Sequence record: OK254198.1
Source of the DNA: Escherichia phage PSD2001
DNA length: 64,000 bases
Reading direction: 5' to 3' (one strand)
Below, piece after piece: positions 37,074 to 46,491 of this stretch. A model generated the notes under the pieces. It made no database searches. It saw only the letters and a list, made by a program, of their open reading frames with translations, and was not told where the DNA came from. Positions within the stretch are counted from its first letter, which is position 1. Each line of letters opens with the position of its first letter. The translations under genes and the position numbers were made by a program.

Positions 37074-37402
37074 CTCTTTTTCATTTTAATCTTATCAATT
37101 TCATCTTGTATTTGCATTGTAACACACTTTTCTACATGCACTGCAAGCTCCGCTTTGCGGTCTTCAGAAGGGGTGCCGAAATCAACTGAAACTTTTCCAG
37201 ATGGTTCAATTTTAATTCCGGTTACGTACACAATGTGACTGGACCCATCAGGGAGTGATAACAGAATTTCCTGCCGTACAGTTCCCATGGATTGCCGGAT
37301 AATCTCCAAACTTTTTTCGTAGTAAGGTACAGAAGGAGCCTTAGCTCCCTCCGCATCTTTCTCGAAATTATCTAAATCAGATAAATCGATATCATTCATC
37401 AA
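37058..37402 (-). CDS. 40: Head vertex assembly chaperone gp40
   Basis: 114 aa (same as T4 gp40); lies between uvsX and 41, overlapping the gene 41 start. Confidence 0.6.
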   Translation of the reverse strand: MMNDIDLSDLDNFEKDAEGAKAPSVPYYEKSLEIIRQSMGTVRQEILLSLPDGSSHIVYVTGIKIEPSGKVSVDFGTPSEDRKAELAVHVEKCVTMQIQDEIDKIKMKKRWWKW

Positions 37403-38570
37403 GGTCTTCCATCATATCTAAATCGTTTTCGATATCTGCCGCAGATGGTTTTGCCTTACCTTCAGGAGCAGTGTATTTTTCAACCTTGGAGGCAATAAGC
37501 GCATCAACTTCGGCATCAACAACAGCATTGCTATCGATTGCACCCAGTTGGTAATGGCGTTTGATTGCATCACGGAAAGGTTCGTGTTTGAACAGTGGGC
37601 CCCAGAATTCGGTGCAGTTAGTATCTTTTGCGCGCCATGATTTTTCTTCGCGGACCATTTCACCGGTCTCAACATCAAGATATTCACGGTTATACCAACC
37701 AACTTTTGGTTTCACCACAAATCCGATTTCCATTGCCATATCAAGCAGGCCAGAATACGGGTCAATACCGCCATCGAATTTTACATCAATGAAGAATTTA
37801 CTTTTCTCTTTGACCATACGAGATTTTTCGGCGTTCAGAACAAATTGGAAGCCTTCAAGTTCTTTACCAGTTTCTTTAATCTGGCGTTTGCCGATAATGA
37901 ATACGGTGTCCGCGGAATACATAACACCTGTACCGCCGGTCATAACGGTTTTGCTATACATCTCAATCGTCTCGATTGTATGGTTAACCGCGACACAAGG
38001 AATATCCTTGATGCTAAAATACGGGGTAACAATACGGAACAGAGATTTCAGGGATTTGGCACGAGTCATATCACCAACGACTTTTTCGTTCATTGCATCT
38101 TCTGTTTCTTTTTTCGACGCCATGTTACCGATTGAGTCAATAAAGATAATGACTTTTTCACCACGCTCAATTGCTTCAAGCTGATTAACCATATCAACTT
38201 TCAATTGTTCAACCGACTGGATTGGTGTATGGATAACACGTTCCGGGTCAACTTTCATTGCACGAAGATATGCTTCTGTGATACCAAATTCTGAATCATA
38301 GAACAAACAGATTGCATCGGGGTATTTGTTCATATATGCAGAGACCATCGTTAAACCCATATTGGATTTAAAGTGTTTTGACGGACCAGCAAAAATAGTC
38401 AAACCTGACTGCATACCACCATCTAGTGCACCGCTGATTGCAATGTTCAGCATCGGGATTTTTGTACGAACTACATCTTTATCATTAAAGAACTTGGACT
38501 TGGTAAGAGTCGCGGTCATTTTGGATGTAGAAGCTTTAATCAAACGGGATTTCAAATCTGCAATAGACAT
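37392..38570 (-). CDS. uvsX: Recombinase UvsX (RecA/Rad51 family)
   Basis: 392 aa; near-identical blocks to T4 UvsX (MSIADLKSRLIKASTSK, FAGPSKHFKSN, FIDSIGNMASKKETEDA, KFDGGIDPYSGLLDMA). Confidence 0.92.
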   Translation of the reverse strand: MSIADLKSRLIKASTSKMTATLTKSKFFNDKDVVRTKIPMLNIAISGALDGGMQSGLTIFAGPSKHFKSNMGLTMVSAYMNKYPDAICLFYDSEFGITEAYLRAMKVDPERVIHTPIQSVEQLKVDMVNQLEAIERGEKVIIFIDSIGNMASKKETEDAMNEKVVGDMTRAKSLKSLFRIVTPYFSIKDIPCVAVNHTIETIEMYSKTVMTGGTGVMYSADTVFIIGKRQIKETGKELEGFQFVLNAEKSRMVKEKSKFFIDVKFDGGIDPYSGLLDMAMEIGFVVKPKVGWYNREYLDVETGEMVREEKSWRAKDTNCTEFWGPLFKHEPFRDAIKRHYQLGAIDSNAVVDAEVDALIASKVEKYTAPEGKAKPSAADIENDLDMMEDLDE

Positions 38571-38655
38571 TCATTTTTTCCATAGGCACCATTATATTTT
38601 TCTCACAGGTTTAAGATAGGATAATTATATCACTGTATTTTCAGAGCAATTAATG

Positions 38656-39159
38656 TTAGTTAATACCTTGGCGTGCTTTCTCTTTAGCTACACATTTATT
38701 AATATAGCTCAGACGGTTTTGAGCAGAACGCTGATACATATCGCGATACTCATTGGCTTTTGGAGAACCCGTCTCCGCTGCCTGATAAGCTTCAGCGCGC
38801 ATGATGTTTATCTGCATATTGATATATGACATGCAGACCTGTGAAATCTGGTTAACAGTATCCAGGTCATTTTGTCGCTTGGTTTTTGCTTCCAGCTTGG
38901 CAATGATTTCGTCATGCTTCGCCGCTTGCTCGCGTTTGTACTCAATTTCACGTTGAGCATATTTCGCGCAGTTGTTTCCGCATTGATTGTTGTCGCGTTT
39001 GTAGATAAGTCCAGTACCACCTTTGAAATCAAAGGAACCATTATGCACCTGACGGTCCGCAGCAATTCGCGCTTTACCAATCTCGTTGGCATTAACAACA
39101 TCACCCTGGTAAGCACAACCAGATAGCAGCATAACAGCTGCGATAGCTAACTTTTTCAT
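38656..39159 (-). CDS. Lipoprotein (167 aa) of unknown function
   Basis: Signal peptide with lipobox LLSGC; charged helical mature part with six Cys; AGGAAG Shine-Dalgarno overlaps the stop of the upstream peptide. Confidence 0.55.
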   Translation of the reverse strand: MKKLAIAAVMLLSGCAYQGDVVNANEIGKARIAADRQVHNGSFDFKGGTGLIYKRDNNQCGNNCAKYAQREIEYKREQAAKHDEIIAKLEAKTKRQNDLDTVNQISQVCMSYINMQINIMRAEAYQAAETGSPKANEYRDMYQRSAQNRLSYINKCVAKEKARQGIN

Positions 39160-39167
39160 TTTGCTTC

Positions 39168-39311
39168 CTAATTAAAACATTCATAGCGGGCTTGGAGCCC
39201 CAAAAATACCCAACCCAAAATTAAAGTTGGAATCATATGTGGAGTCATTATTGCCCAGTAGATTGACATACTAAAAAATGCAATCAGTACAATAATTGTA
39301 ATTATCTTCAT
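39168..39311 (-). CDS. Small membrane peptide (47 aa)
   Basis: MKIITIIVLIAFFSMSIYWAIMTPHMIPTLILGWVFLGLQARYECFN; ATG overlaps the imm-like stop (ATGA). Confidence 0.35.
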   Translation of the reverse strand: MKIITIIVLIAFFSMSIYWAIMTPHMIPTLILGWVFLGLQARYECFN

Positions 39312-39550
39312 TTTGCTTCCTTGATGATAATTACTTGTGCGTTTGATTTACGTTCAGCAACGAGTGCCCAGATAAATGCAATAAACCATCCGACCATTGT
39401 CCAACCTAACAGGAGGTTAACAAAGAAGATTCCGCAATTACTTTTGGTTCCACGCAGTAGCGCGATAATCCACGGCAGAAAATATGCTAGTGCAGCCAGG
39501 AAGAAAGAACCTGCACCAAGAACAACAGTACCCGCAATTAATGTTTCCAT
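39308..39550 (-). CDS. imm: Superinfection immunity protein (Imm-like)
   Basis: 80 aa with two transmembrane helices and a GWxxxWFIAFIWA-type motif; immediately downstream of gene 43 as T4 imm. Confidence 0.55.
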   Translation of the reverse strand: METLIAGTVVLGAGSFFLAALAYFLPWIIALLRGTKSNCGIFFVNLLLGWTMVGWFIAFIWALVAERKSNAQVIIIKEAK

Positions 39551-39619
39551 TTTAATATCCTTAAGTTATTCATCAGTTGATGAGGTAATCATACGGCAAT
39601 CCATTGCCGTTGTAAACAC

Positions 39620-42334
39620 TTAAAAGTCAAACATGTCAAAAAGAGTTGCTTTCTTTTCGTAATCAACCTTTGCAGCTTCAGAGAAACCTGTTAATGGCTT
39701 AACAAAAGTCTTCTGGAACAGTGTGTTGTAGTCCATCCACTGCAGAACCTGGTCACGGATTTCAATCGGGAGTTCAATCCCAGATGGCCATGCAATCACG
39801 GTTTCACCAAACGGGTTACCAACTTTAAGAGGAAGTACATACACCTTTTCCCCTTCCATGATTTGCGGAACAGTCTTCAGACCTTTAGTTGCACGCATAT
39901 ATGCAAGCACACCTTTGATATGAGCAGGACACTTAAATCCAGGGAAACCGCCTTCATTATATTTCTGGATGTTGTTAACCGATGATACACCAGCGATGGT
40001 CATGTAGTTAAGCTCATTAAATTCCTTATTGAATTCCTTGAAGTATGTCTGCAGAGATTCTTCGCCTTCTTGCAGCATACGGCGGATACATTCTTTCAGA
40101 GCTTTCTGACATGCCTTTGGAGTACTCGACTTTTGAGTTTCCAGACCCATGATTTTCAGTTTCGGAACAGCATATCGCGTGCCTTCCATATCGTACACGT
40201 TCAACGCATAACGCTTCTTCGCCGTCCAGAATCCACCCACACCTTTAGAACCCAGCGGAGGACATGCAATCGCCTCACGGTCCATAAACATAAGGTGCTG
40301 TTTGTTGTTCATGTATTCAGCCAGCTCACGGAAAGCTTTATCGATTGCCGGTTCCAGACGGTCTTTCGCAAACTTGTCCATGAAGTCAACCAGGTGGTTT
40401 GTATCACGGAATTTAGATTCGCCACCAACCTTTTTAATCAGGTTATCGCATTGGATATAAATGGAGTCAGTATCGCCATAGAACACATAAGTTTCGCCGC
40501 TTGTCCCACAAACACTATCGAAGTATTCGTTAACTTTACGCTCAATCCACTGCAATGCAAGTTGTCCGAAAGATGTAATCGCGGTTGCATTTCGCAGGTC
40601 AAAGTAACGGAACCAGATATTGCCCAGAGCGCCATAACAACTGTTGATAAGCAGTTTACGGTTAATCTGTGCGGTCATGCCTGCAACTTCTTCCATCTGT
40701 GCTTTGTACAACATACCATTCAGGACTGTTTGATTCAGACCATGCAAGGTTGTTTTCATATTGTCATCAAAGTCATGACGATAATCAACTTCAGGCTCGG
40801 TTGTACCAGTTCCTGGATTACGCAGAGCTTCCTTAATCAGTTCACCATTACGTTGAGCCGCAAGCATATAGCCTTTGTGTTCTTTACGCTGATTAAACAC
40901 CTTGGTGACTTCTGTCGGAATAATACCCGCAACATCTTTAAAATACATCATACCATTTGGAGCACAACTAAATGTATCAGACGGACGGTCAGCAGTTCCT
41001 GCGATGTATTCATACATCTGGGCTGGTGCAAATGAACCGGCAATCGTTTCTGGACTGATGTTAATCTGTCGGATAATGCTTGGATACAGAGATGTTAAGT
41101 CACAGCTCATTACATATTTGTATGCGTTCGGAATCGGTTCCTTAACAAATGCACCAGGGAATGATTGACGAACATGTGATTTGGTTTCCGGAATGACTTT
41201 GTTTTGAGTCTTCAGGCTGTTAAAGATAATCGCATCCCAAGTTTTGATTGGGCTGAATACAGACTGAATCTGCATTTTTGCATAATAACCCATTGACTGG
41301 CTCAGATTAATAAACTGTCGCTTACGGTCAATCTGCACAACACGATAAACGTCGATGATGTTATAAGAAATATACCGCTGGTGATTTGATTCGCGCAGTT
41401 TAGAAATCGGGCCATCATACGGGAGTTTACCAACACCCAGTTCAGATTCCGCAACATAATCCAACGAATAAGACGGTTGGTTTGTGAAGCTGAACTTTTT
41501 ATACAGGTCCAGATAATCCAGAACAGAGATACCCAGAATCTGAATGATTTCTTGTTCTTCACCAAAGCCATTGTTAATGACCTTAACTTTTGTACGACGA
41601 TGTGGACTCAGACGTTTTGCCGTAGCTTCACCAAATACATTTTTAAGGCGGTTGTAGATATATGGAATATCAAATTTCTCGATGTTCCAACCAGTTAACA
41701 TAACCGGAGTTTTCTCGTTCCAGAATACCAAATACTGCTGGAGCATTTCTTCTTCTGAATCGAAAGCCATATAAACAATTTTTTCCAGGATTTCTTCAGG
41801 GACTTCATCGCCACCGTCTTCCTGCAGCTTAGCAGCAATATCAATAGACCATTGCTCCACAGTGGCGTATGGTGAGCTCAAAAGGTCAAAGACATAGAAT
41901 TTATCGTCTACCGAATCATAGTGCGTCAGGGCATCAATAGGGTGACGTGCTTCAGACGGCTCAGGAAACCCATCGGGAGATGTCACCTCGATATCGAAGT
42001 TAGCAACACGGATTTTACTTGAATCATATTTGATTTCGTGCGGGTAACGGTCGGACAAGTATGCGAGTTTAAAGTCGTCCATACCCATAGCTTCGAGACC
42101 CATGTCATTCATTCGCTTCATCCACTGGGATGCATCACGCATGGAATCGAATTCTTTTTTCACACAACCTTTATTATAGATGTCTGTATACTTTGCAGCT
42201 TGGTCTTCACGGGCGTGCATAAACAAGCATGGAGCATAAGGGATTTCACGAACACGTTCATGACCATTCTTGTCAATATATCGTTCGTGTAGGTTGTCAC
42301 CGATTTGTTCGATAGTTAAATAAAATTCTTGCAT
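39620..42334 (-). CDS. 43: DNA polymerase gp43 (family B)
   Basis: 904 aa; exonuclease and polymerase motifs (FDIEV, NIIDVYRV, DLTSLYPSII, YGDTDS, KKRYALNV); long blocks match RB69 gp43 more closely than T4. Confidence 0.95.
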   Translation of the reverse strand: MQEFYLTIEQIGDNLHERYIDKNGHERVREIPYAPCLFMHAREDQAAKYTDIYNKGCVKKEFDSMRDASQWMKRMNDMGLEAMGMDDFKLAYLSDRYPHEIKYDSSKIRVANFDIEVTSPDGFPEPSEARHPIDALTHYDSVDDKFYVFDLLSSPYATVEQWSIDIAAKLQEDGGDEVPEEILEKIVYMAFDSEEEMLQQYLVFWNEKTPVMLTGWNIEKFDIPYIYNRLKNVFGEATAKRLSPHRRTKVKVINNGFGEEQEIIQILGISVLDYLDLYKKFSFTNQPSYSLDYVAESELGVGKLPYDGPISKLRESNHQRYISYNIIDVYRVVQIDRKRQFINLSQSMGYYAKMQIQSVFSPIKTWDAIIFNSLKTQNKVIPETKSHVRQSFPGAFVKEPIPNAYKYVMSCDLTSLYPSIIRQINISPETIAGSFAPAQMYEYIAGTADRPSDTFSCAPNGMMYFKDVAGIIPTEVTKVFNQRKEHKGYMLAAQRNGELIKEALRNPGTGTTEPEVDYRHDFDDNMKTTLHGLNQTVLNGMLYKAQMEEVAGMTAQINRKLLINSCYGALGNIWFRYFDLRNATAITSFGQLALQWIERKVNEYFDSVCGTSGETYVFYGDTDSIYIQCDNLIKKVGGESKFRDTNHLVDFMDKFAKDRLEPAIDKAFRELAEYMNNKQHLMFMDREAIACPPLGSKGVGGFWTAKKRYALNVYDMEGTRYAVPKLKIMGLETQKSSTPKACQKALKECIRRMLQEGEESLQTYFKEFNKEFNELNYMTIAGVSSVNNIQKYNEGGFPGFKCPAHIKGVLAYMRATKGLKTVPQIMEGEKVYVLPLKVGNPFGETVIAWPSGIELPIEIRDQVLQWMDYNTLFQKTFVKPLTGFSEAAKVDYEKKATLFDMFDF

Positions 42335-42393
42335 TTGGTTTCCTTTATAGTCGAGTGATTGACTTTTGTTTTATGACTTGACGCTATTATACT

Positions 42394-42414
42394 ACAAAAG
42401 GGACCGAAGTCCCT
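42394..42414 (-). terminator. Rho-independent terminator downstream of regA
   Basis: GGGAC-cgaa-GTCCC hairpin followed by a T-run on the minus strand. Confidence 0.5.
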
Positions 42415-42424
42415 TTGCTTTAAA

Positions 42425-42793
42425 TCAATTACCAATTGTATATTTGGCTACGAGCTTCCAGTCGTCTTTTTGTTTGAATGAAATAACACGGAAGTTATTT
42501 GTTACTGCGAACAATTCATTATGCTCTTCTTCTTTGATAGCAATTAAGCCCCAGTCTTCAAGCAGTTGGGCGATGGAATCACGGCGCTGATAGTCTTCGC
42601 CGTCAATATCAACCTGACGACCATCCATGCGCAGCATTTCTTTGAAGTGAACAATATAATAACGACCTTGCTTTTGGAGGATGTGGCAGCTCTGGTACAG
42701 TACACGGTCTTTATTATTTGCGATGCCCATACGGGTCAGAGTTTCTTTAACTTTCAGGAAGTCTTCAGGTTGCTTTAATGTAATTTCAATCAT
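42425..42793 (-). CDS. regA: Translational repressor RegA
   Basis: 122 aa (same as T4 RegA); MIEITLKQPEDFLKVKETLTRMGIAN...YIVHFKEM match T4 RegA. Confidence 0.85.
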   Translation of the reverse strand: MIEITLKQPEDFLKVKETLTRMGIANNKDRVLYQSCHILQKQGRYYIVHFKEMLRMDGRQVDIDGEDYQRRDSIAQLLEDWGLIAIKEEEHNELFAVTNNFRVISFKQKDDWKLVAKYTIGN

Positions 42794-42794
42794 T

Positions 42795-43373
42795 TTACCA
42801 TTCCAATATTTGTTTTTTAATTTCTTTTTGTTCTTTCACATTACTGGTAACGGTCTTTAAGAATTCATCCGTTACCAGACCTTTTGTCTTTTTCAAAACA
42901 TCTTTAAGACTACCTTTGACTTTCAATGTTTCCATATACATCAAAGCATCATCTGCATTAATTGTATAATATTTCATCAAAAGCTTAAGCACAAGCTGGA
43001 CGTTGACTACATCCGGTTCAGCCTTGGCCCATTTGCCATAACGCTTGCCTTGTGGAACTGCATGCAGCAAATAATTATAATGCTGCTGGTCTGTTAACCC
43101 GGAACCGATTAAGTTCATCACGTTCACCTGCATGATGCAATCAACATGTTGACTCAATGCGTTATCCAGCCAGAATTTATTGTAGTTTTCCGATTGAATC
43201 AGGTTCCGTGGTTTTTTGCTAACGGTTATGTCGTTAAGAATCGCGAACAATTCATTTTCTGCTTTCTCTTTGTATGAATCGGACAATTCCTGAATTTTGT
43301 TAAAGTCGCGTGATTTCCACGCAACTTCATGTTCGTTTAATTGAACGTCATCATCAAAGAGACTTACAGCCAT
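42795..43373 (-). CDS. 62: Clamp loader small subunit gp62
   Basis: 192 aa; DDVQLNEHEVAW, NLIGSGL, VPQGKRYGKWAK, GLVTDEFLK.VT.NVKEQK match T4 gp62. Confidence 0.85.
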   Translation of the reverse strand: MAVSLFDDDVQLNEHEVAWKSRDFNKIQELSDSYKEKAENELFAILNDITVSKKPRNLIQSENYNKFWLDNALSQHVDCIMQVNVMNLIGSGLTDQQHYNYLLHAVPQGKRYGKWAKAEPDVVNVQLVLKLLMKYYTINADDALMYMETLKVKGSLKDVLKKTKGLVTDEFLKTVTSNVKEQKEIKKQILEW

Positions 43374-44323
43374 TTCATTTCCCCAGCCAGTTGAGCAAAC
43401 AGATAAGTCAAGTGAACTTCGGTATTGGCCGCAATGCCATGATACTGATTATTCTCACCCACAATCTCATACATGCGGATGATACTTGCACCAGTCAGTT
43501 TGCCATACATTTCATCAGCCAGCTTTGCAATGAAGCTTGAATAATCATTTGCATGCTTAGGAGCCAGCCCACGGAGAACTTTAAAGTTACGGTCCTTAAG
43601 GGCATCAATCACATCATCAATTGGCGTGCGATTGTTTGTCACGATACTCAGAATACCAGAATCGATAACACCCTTTGCAGAGTAACGGTCAAGCTCGTTA
43701 ATTGTCTTACGCAGGTCCGGGAAGTTATGCTTAACCAGAGCAGCAACAACTTTCAGGTCTTCGATTTCAACACCTTCATTTTTACATACCGCAACTGCAC
43801 GATGAATCATCTCTTTCATCATGGTAGTCTGGTCAGCCGGAGTTGCTTCACCAAACTTAATTACGCGACAACGAGACTGCAACGGAGTAATGATGCCATC
43901 GATATTGTTTGCAGTCATAATGATTGAACAGTTGCTCGAATAAGCTTCCATAAAGCTACGGAGGTGACGTTGTGATTCAGCCAGCCCCGCGCGGTCGAAC
44001 TCATCGATAACGATTACCTTGCGGCGACCTTCGATTGATTTAGATGATGCAAAGCGAGTCAATTCATTACGCACAAAGTCAATTCGGCAATCGGAGCCGT
44101 TAACAAACAGCATATCAGAATTCGTATCTGCACACATAGCTTTTGCAACTGTTGTCTTACCAGTACCAGGGGAACTACTGACCAGAATCAAGTTAGGAAT
44201 CAAACCTTTTTTAACAATCGCCTCTAATGTTTCTTTATCATGAGCCGGGAGAATACACTCTGATAATGTACCTGGGCGGTATTTTTGTTCCCACATGAAT
44301 TCTTTGTCATTAACCGTTAACAT
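43364..44323 (-). CDS. 44: Clamp loader large subunit gp44 (AAA+)
   Basis: 319 aa (same as T4 gp44); Walker A SSPGTGKTT, Walker B VIVIDEFD, sensor and arginine-finger regions. Confidence 0.9.
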   Translation of the reverse strand: MLTVNDKEFMWEQKYRPGTLSECILPAHDKETLEAIVKKGLIPNLILVSSSPGTGKTTVAKAMCADTNSDMLFVNGSDCRIDFVRNELTRFASSKSIEGRRKVIVIDEFDRAGLAESQRHLRSFMEAYSSNCSIIMTANNIDGIITPLQSRCRVIKFGEATPADQTTMMKEMIHRAVAVCKNEGVEIEDLKVVAALVKHNFPDLRKTINELDRYSAKGVIDSGILSIVTNNRTPIDDVIDALKDRNFKVLRGLAPKHANDYSSFIAKLADEMYGKLTGASIIRMYEIVGENNQYHGIAANTEVHLTYLFAQLAGEMKWL

Positions 44324-44360
44324 ATATTTTCCTCATATTAGTTTCTACTTTGTACTCCAT

Positions 44361-44374
44361 GGGGCCGGAGCCCC
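44361..44374 (-). other. GC-rich hairpin (GGGGC-cgga-GCCCC) between genes 45 and 44
   Basis: Perfect 5-bp GC stem between the 45 stop and the 44 Shine-Dalgarno; no U-run. Confidence 0.35.
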
Positions 44375-44379
44375 ATTTA

Positions 44380-45075
44380 TTAATCTTGGAATTCGTGGCT
44401 AGAGCCTTGTTCCATTGCAATCACATAGCTTGCTTGTGTACCTTCAAACTTCGTAGCAAATTTATCATCTTTCGCCCAAAGCATAACACGGTAATCAGCC
44501 GGAATCATTTTCATGTTCAGTTTGTTAATGATAAATTTGAACGCTGCATCGCCTTCGTAATCGCCACACACCAGGGAATACAATGGACGTGCTAATTCTT
44601 TATCTTCGAGCTGGTTATAACCATGGATAACAATCTTACCGTCTTTGTTGGTGATTGCAAAGGTGTCTAGAGACAAACCACCAGCCACACGCAGAAGCTG
44701 CTGCAGGTCACTGCCTTTCAGGTCGAAGATAACCTTAGCTACCGGGAAAGGAATCTTCTTAGCAGGAAACACGATAGTGCTCGGGTCTGCTGCAGGCCAG
44801 TGAATCGTTGAACGTTGGTCTTTGATAATGATATTCGATGCATCTTCAGCCAGGGATACTTCAGCTTGGTCAGTTACCAGACCCAGGATACTTAAGAAGC
44901 CATTCAGGTCATAAATTGCAGCTTCAAAGTCGATTGTATCATTGATTTCAGATTCACCATATGACGCTCCAGTTACGGAACGAGTCAGGATGGTATTACC
45001 TGGCTTAAGCATAATGCCAGAGTAGATAGAAGTGAAGTTTTTCAGAACTGCGATAGTGTCTTTAGAGAATTTCAT
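44380..45075 (-). CDS. 45: Sliding clamp gp45
   Basis: 231 aa; LKNF..I.SGIMLK, IDF..AIYDLNGFL.IL.LV, WPAADPST.V, DLQQLLRV, MKM.P..Y.L.LWAK match T4 gp45. Confidence 0.9.
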   Translation of the reverse strand: MKFSKDTIAVLKNFTSIYSGIMLKPGNTILTRSVTGASYGESEINDTIDFEAAIYDLNGFLSILGLVTDQAEVSLAEDASNIIIKDQRSTIHWPAADPSTIVFPAKKIPFPVAKVIFDLKGSDLQQLLRVAGGLSLDTFAITNKDGKIVIHGYNQLEDKELARPLYSLVCGDYEGDAAFKFIINKLNMKMIPADYRVMLWAKDDKFATKFEGTQASYVIAMEQGSSHEFQD

Positions 45076-45105
45076 TTAATTACCTTTTATTCAAATCAAA
45101 ATTAA

Positions 45106-45537
45106 TTAAGCAACAACTGCCATTTGTTTGCGGATAGCTTCTGGAAGAGATTCAATATACTCTGGAAGTTGCGCAGCAATAATAGAACCAGCTTGCGCCA
45201 GATGGTCATCAGAGTTAACACAATAATCATCTTCAAGACGTTCGGAACCGTCACGGTCGATAACCAGTTTAGCACCAGCAGCCAGTGAATCGTTGTAATG
45301 ACGTTGCATCAGTTCAATCCACTTATCAGATACATCAGTATCAATCACACCGTACAGCATGAATTTAACTTCTTGAGGAAGTGATTTCAAACGGGTGGCA
45401 GATACTTCATCACATGCCAGGACCCAGGATTTGCGGATGCGGTTTTGGTTATGTGGGTTAGCGTCGGTGCGGATGGTTTTAACTTGGATATCTTTAGCAG
45501 TTACGTTGTTCATAATATTCTCTCTATTCATTATCAA
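45106..45537 (-). CDS. Hypothetical protein (143 aa), RpbA position
   Basis: Position between 45 and 46 and size fit T4 rpbA (129 aa); unverified. Confidence 0.45.
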   Translation of the reverse strand: MIMNRENIMNNVTAKDIQVKTIRTDANPHNQNRIRKSWVLACDEVSATRLKSLPQEVKFMLYGVIDTDVSDKWIELMQRHYNDSLAAGAKLVIDRDGSERLEDDYCVNSDDHLAQAGSIIAAQLPEYIESLPEAIRKQMAVVA

Positions 45538-45756
45538 TTAATCAAAGTATTCATATGCAAACCAGGCATTGTGTCTGTTCGCGATTATTTTAACATATTC
45601 TTCACCGAAAGCGTTTTGTAAGTCACGTTCAGTAACAAGGTGTTCATCTTTCGAAAAGGTATTAACTAACACATACCGTTTAATTTCAGGGACAGCCAGT
45701 AAATGCTGCCCGGTTAAAAAATTGCTCATAAATAATATTATCCGTTGCAGTATCAA
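45538..45756 (-). CDS. Hypothetical protein (72 aa)
   Basis: Minus-strand ORF divergent from the HNH gene. Confidence 0.4.
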   Translation of the reverse strand: MILQRIILFMSNFLTGQHLLAVPEIKRYVLVNTFSKDEHLVTERDLQNAFGEEYVKIIANRHNAWFAYEYFD

Positions 45757-45769
45757 ACAAGGGTCTGAT

Positions 45770-46486
45770 ATGAATTATAACATCATTTACCAAAAGCTTA
45801 TTAGCAGAGCATTGAATCGCAAATTAACCACATACTCTGAAAGTCATCACATTATACCCCGTTGTATGGGTGGGGCAGACGATGCTTCAAATCTTGTTGA
45901 TTTAACTCCCGAGGAACATTTCGTTTGTCATCAACTGTTGGTCAAAATGCATCCAAATAATGCTTCTTTGGTCTATGCCGCGCGCATGATGACAGTTTCC
46001 TCACCAAACGCCGACAGAAGCAAAAACAAATTATTTGGATGGCTTCGTCGTAAAAACTTGGAAGCTCAACAAAATAAAATTTTCTCCGATGAAACCAGAA
46101 AGAAAATGTCAGAATCCGCCAAATTAAAACCGAGAGTTGAATGTCCACACTGTGGAAAAACCGGTCTCGTTGGCAATATGAATCGTTGGCATTTTGATAA
46201 CTGTTCCAAAGGTCCAAACAAGGTTGTTCATACTATTCCAGAAAAACAAAAGCAAAAAATTTCAGTAGGATTAAAACAAGCTAAACATGAAATTTTAACT
46301 TGTGAATTTTGTGGTCTTGAAGGTAAAAAGTGTGTTATATCCACTCACCAACAATTCTGCAAATCCAATCCAAACCGGAAGAAAAAGGTGGACCCCAAAA
46401 TTCAGTGTCCACATTGTAATGTAGTCGGTACGCCAGCCAATATGAAACGTTGGCATTTTGATAACTGCAAAATGAAGCCTCAATAA
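45770..46486 (+). CDS. HNH homing endonuclease with three C-terminal zinc-finger-like repeats
   Basis: Start at the ATG at 45770 (MNYNIIYQK...); HNH core SESHHIIPRCMGGADDASNLVDLTPEEHFVCH; repeats ECPHCGKTGLVGNMNRWHFDNC, TCEFCGLEGKKC...QQFCKSN, QCPHCNVVGTPANMKRWHFDNC; opposite strand to all neighbours. Confidence 0.7.
   Translation: MNYNIIYQKLISRALNRKLTTYSESHHIIPRCMGGADDASNLVDLTPEEHFVCHQLLVKMHPNNASLVYAARMMTVSSPNADRSKNKLFGWLRRKNLEAQQNKIFSDETRKKMSESAKLKPRVECPHCGKTGLVGNMNRWHFDNCSKGPNKVVHTIPEKQKQKISVGLKQAKHEILTCEFCGLEGKKCVISTHQQFCKSNPNRKKKVDPKIQCPHCNVVGTPANMKRWHFDNCKMKPQ
45770..46486 (+). mobile_element. Free-standing homing endonuclease gene inserted between 45.2 and 46
   Basis: Single opposite-strand gene wedged between conserved replication/recombination genes, the usual arrangement for T-even mob/seg elements. 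Confidence 0.55.
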
Positions 46487-46491
46487 GAGGC

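Noticed and set aside
45569-45769. N-terminal extension of the HNH endonuclease ORF
   Set aside because: The extension overlaps the divergent minus-strand gene and lacks endonuclease-like sequence; the ATG at 45770 gives a typical HNH protein.
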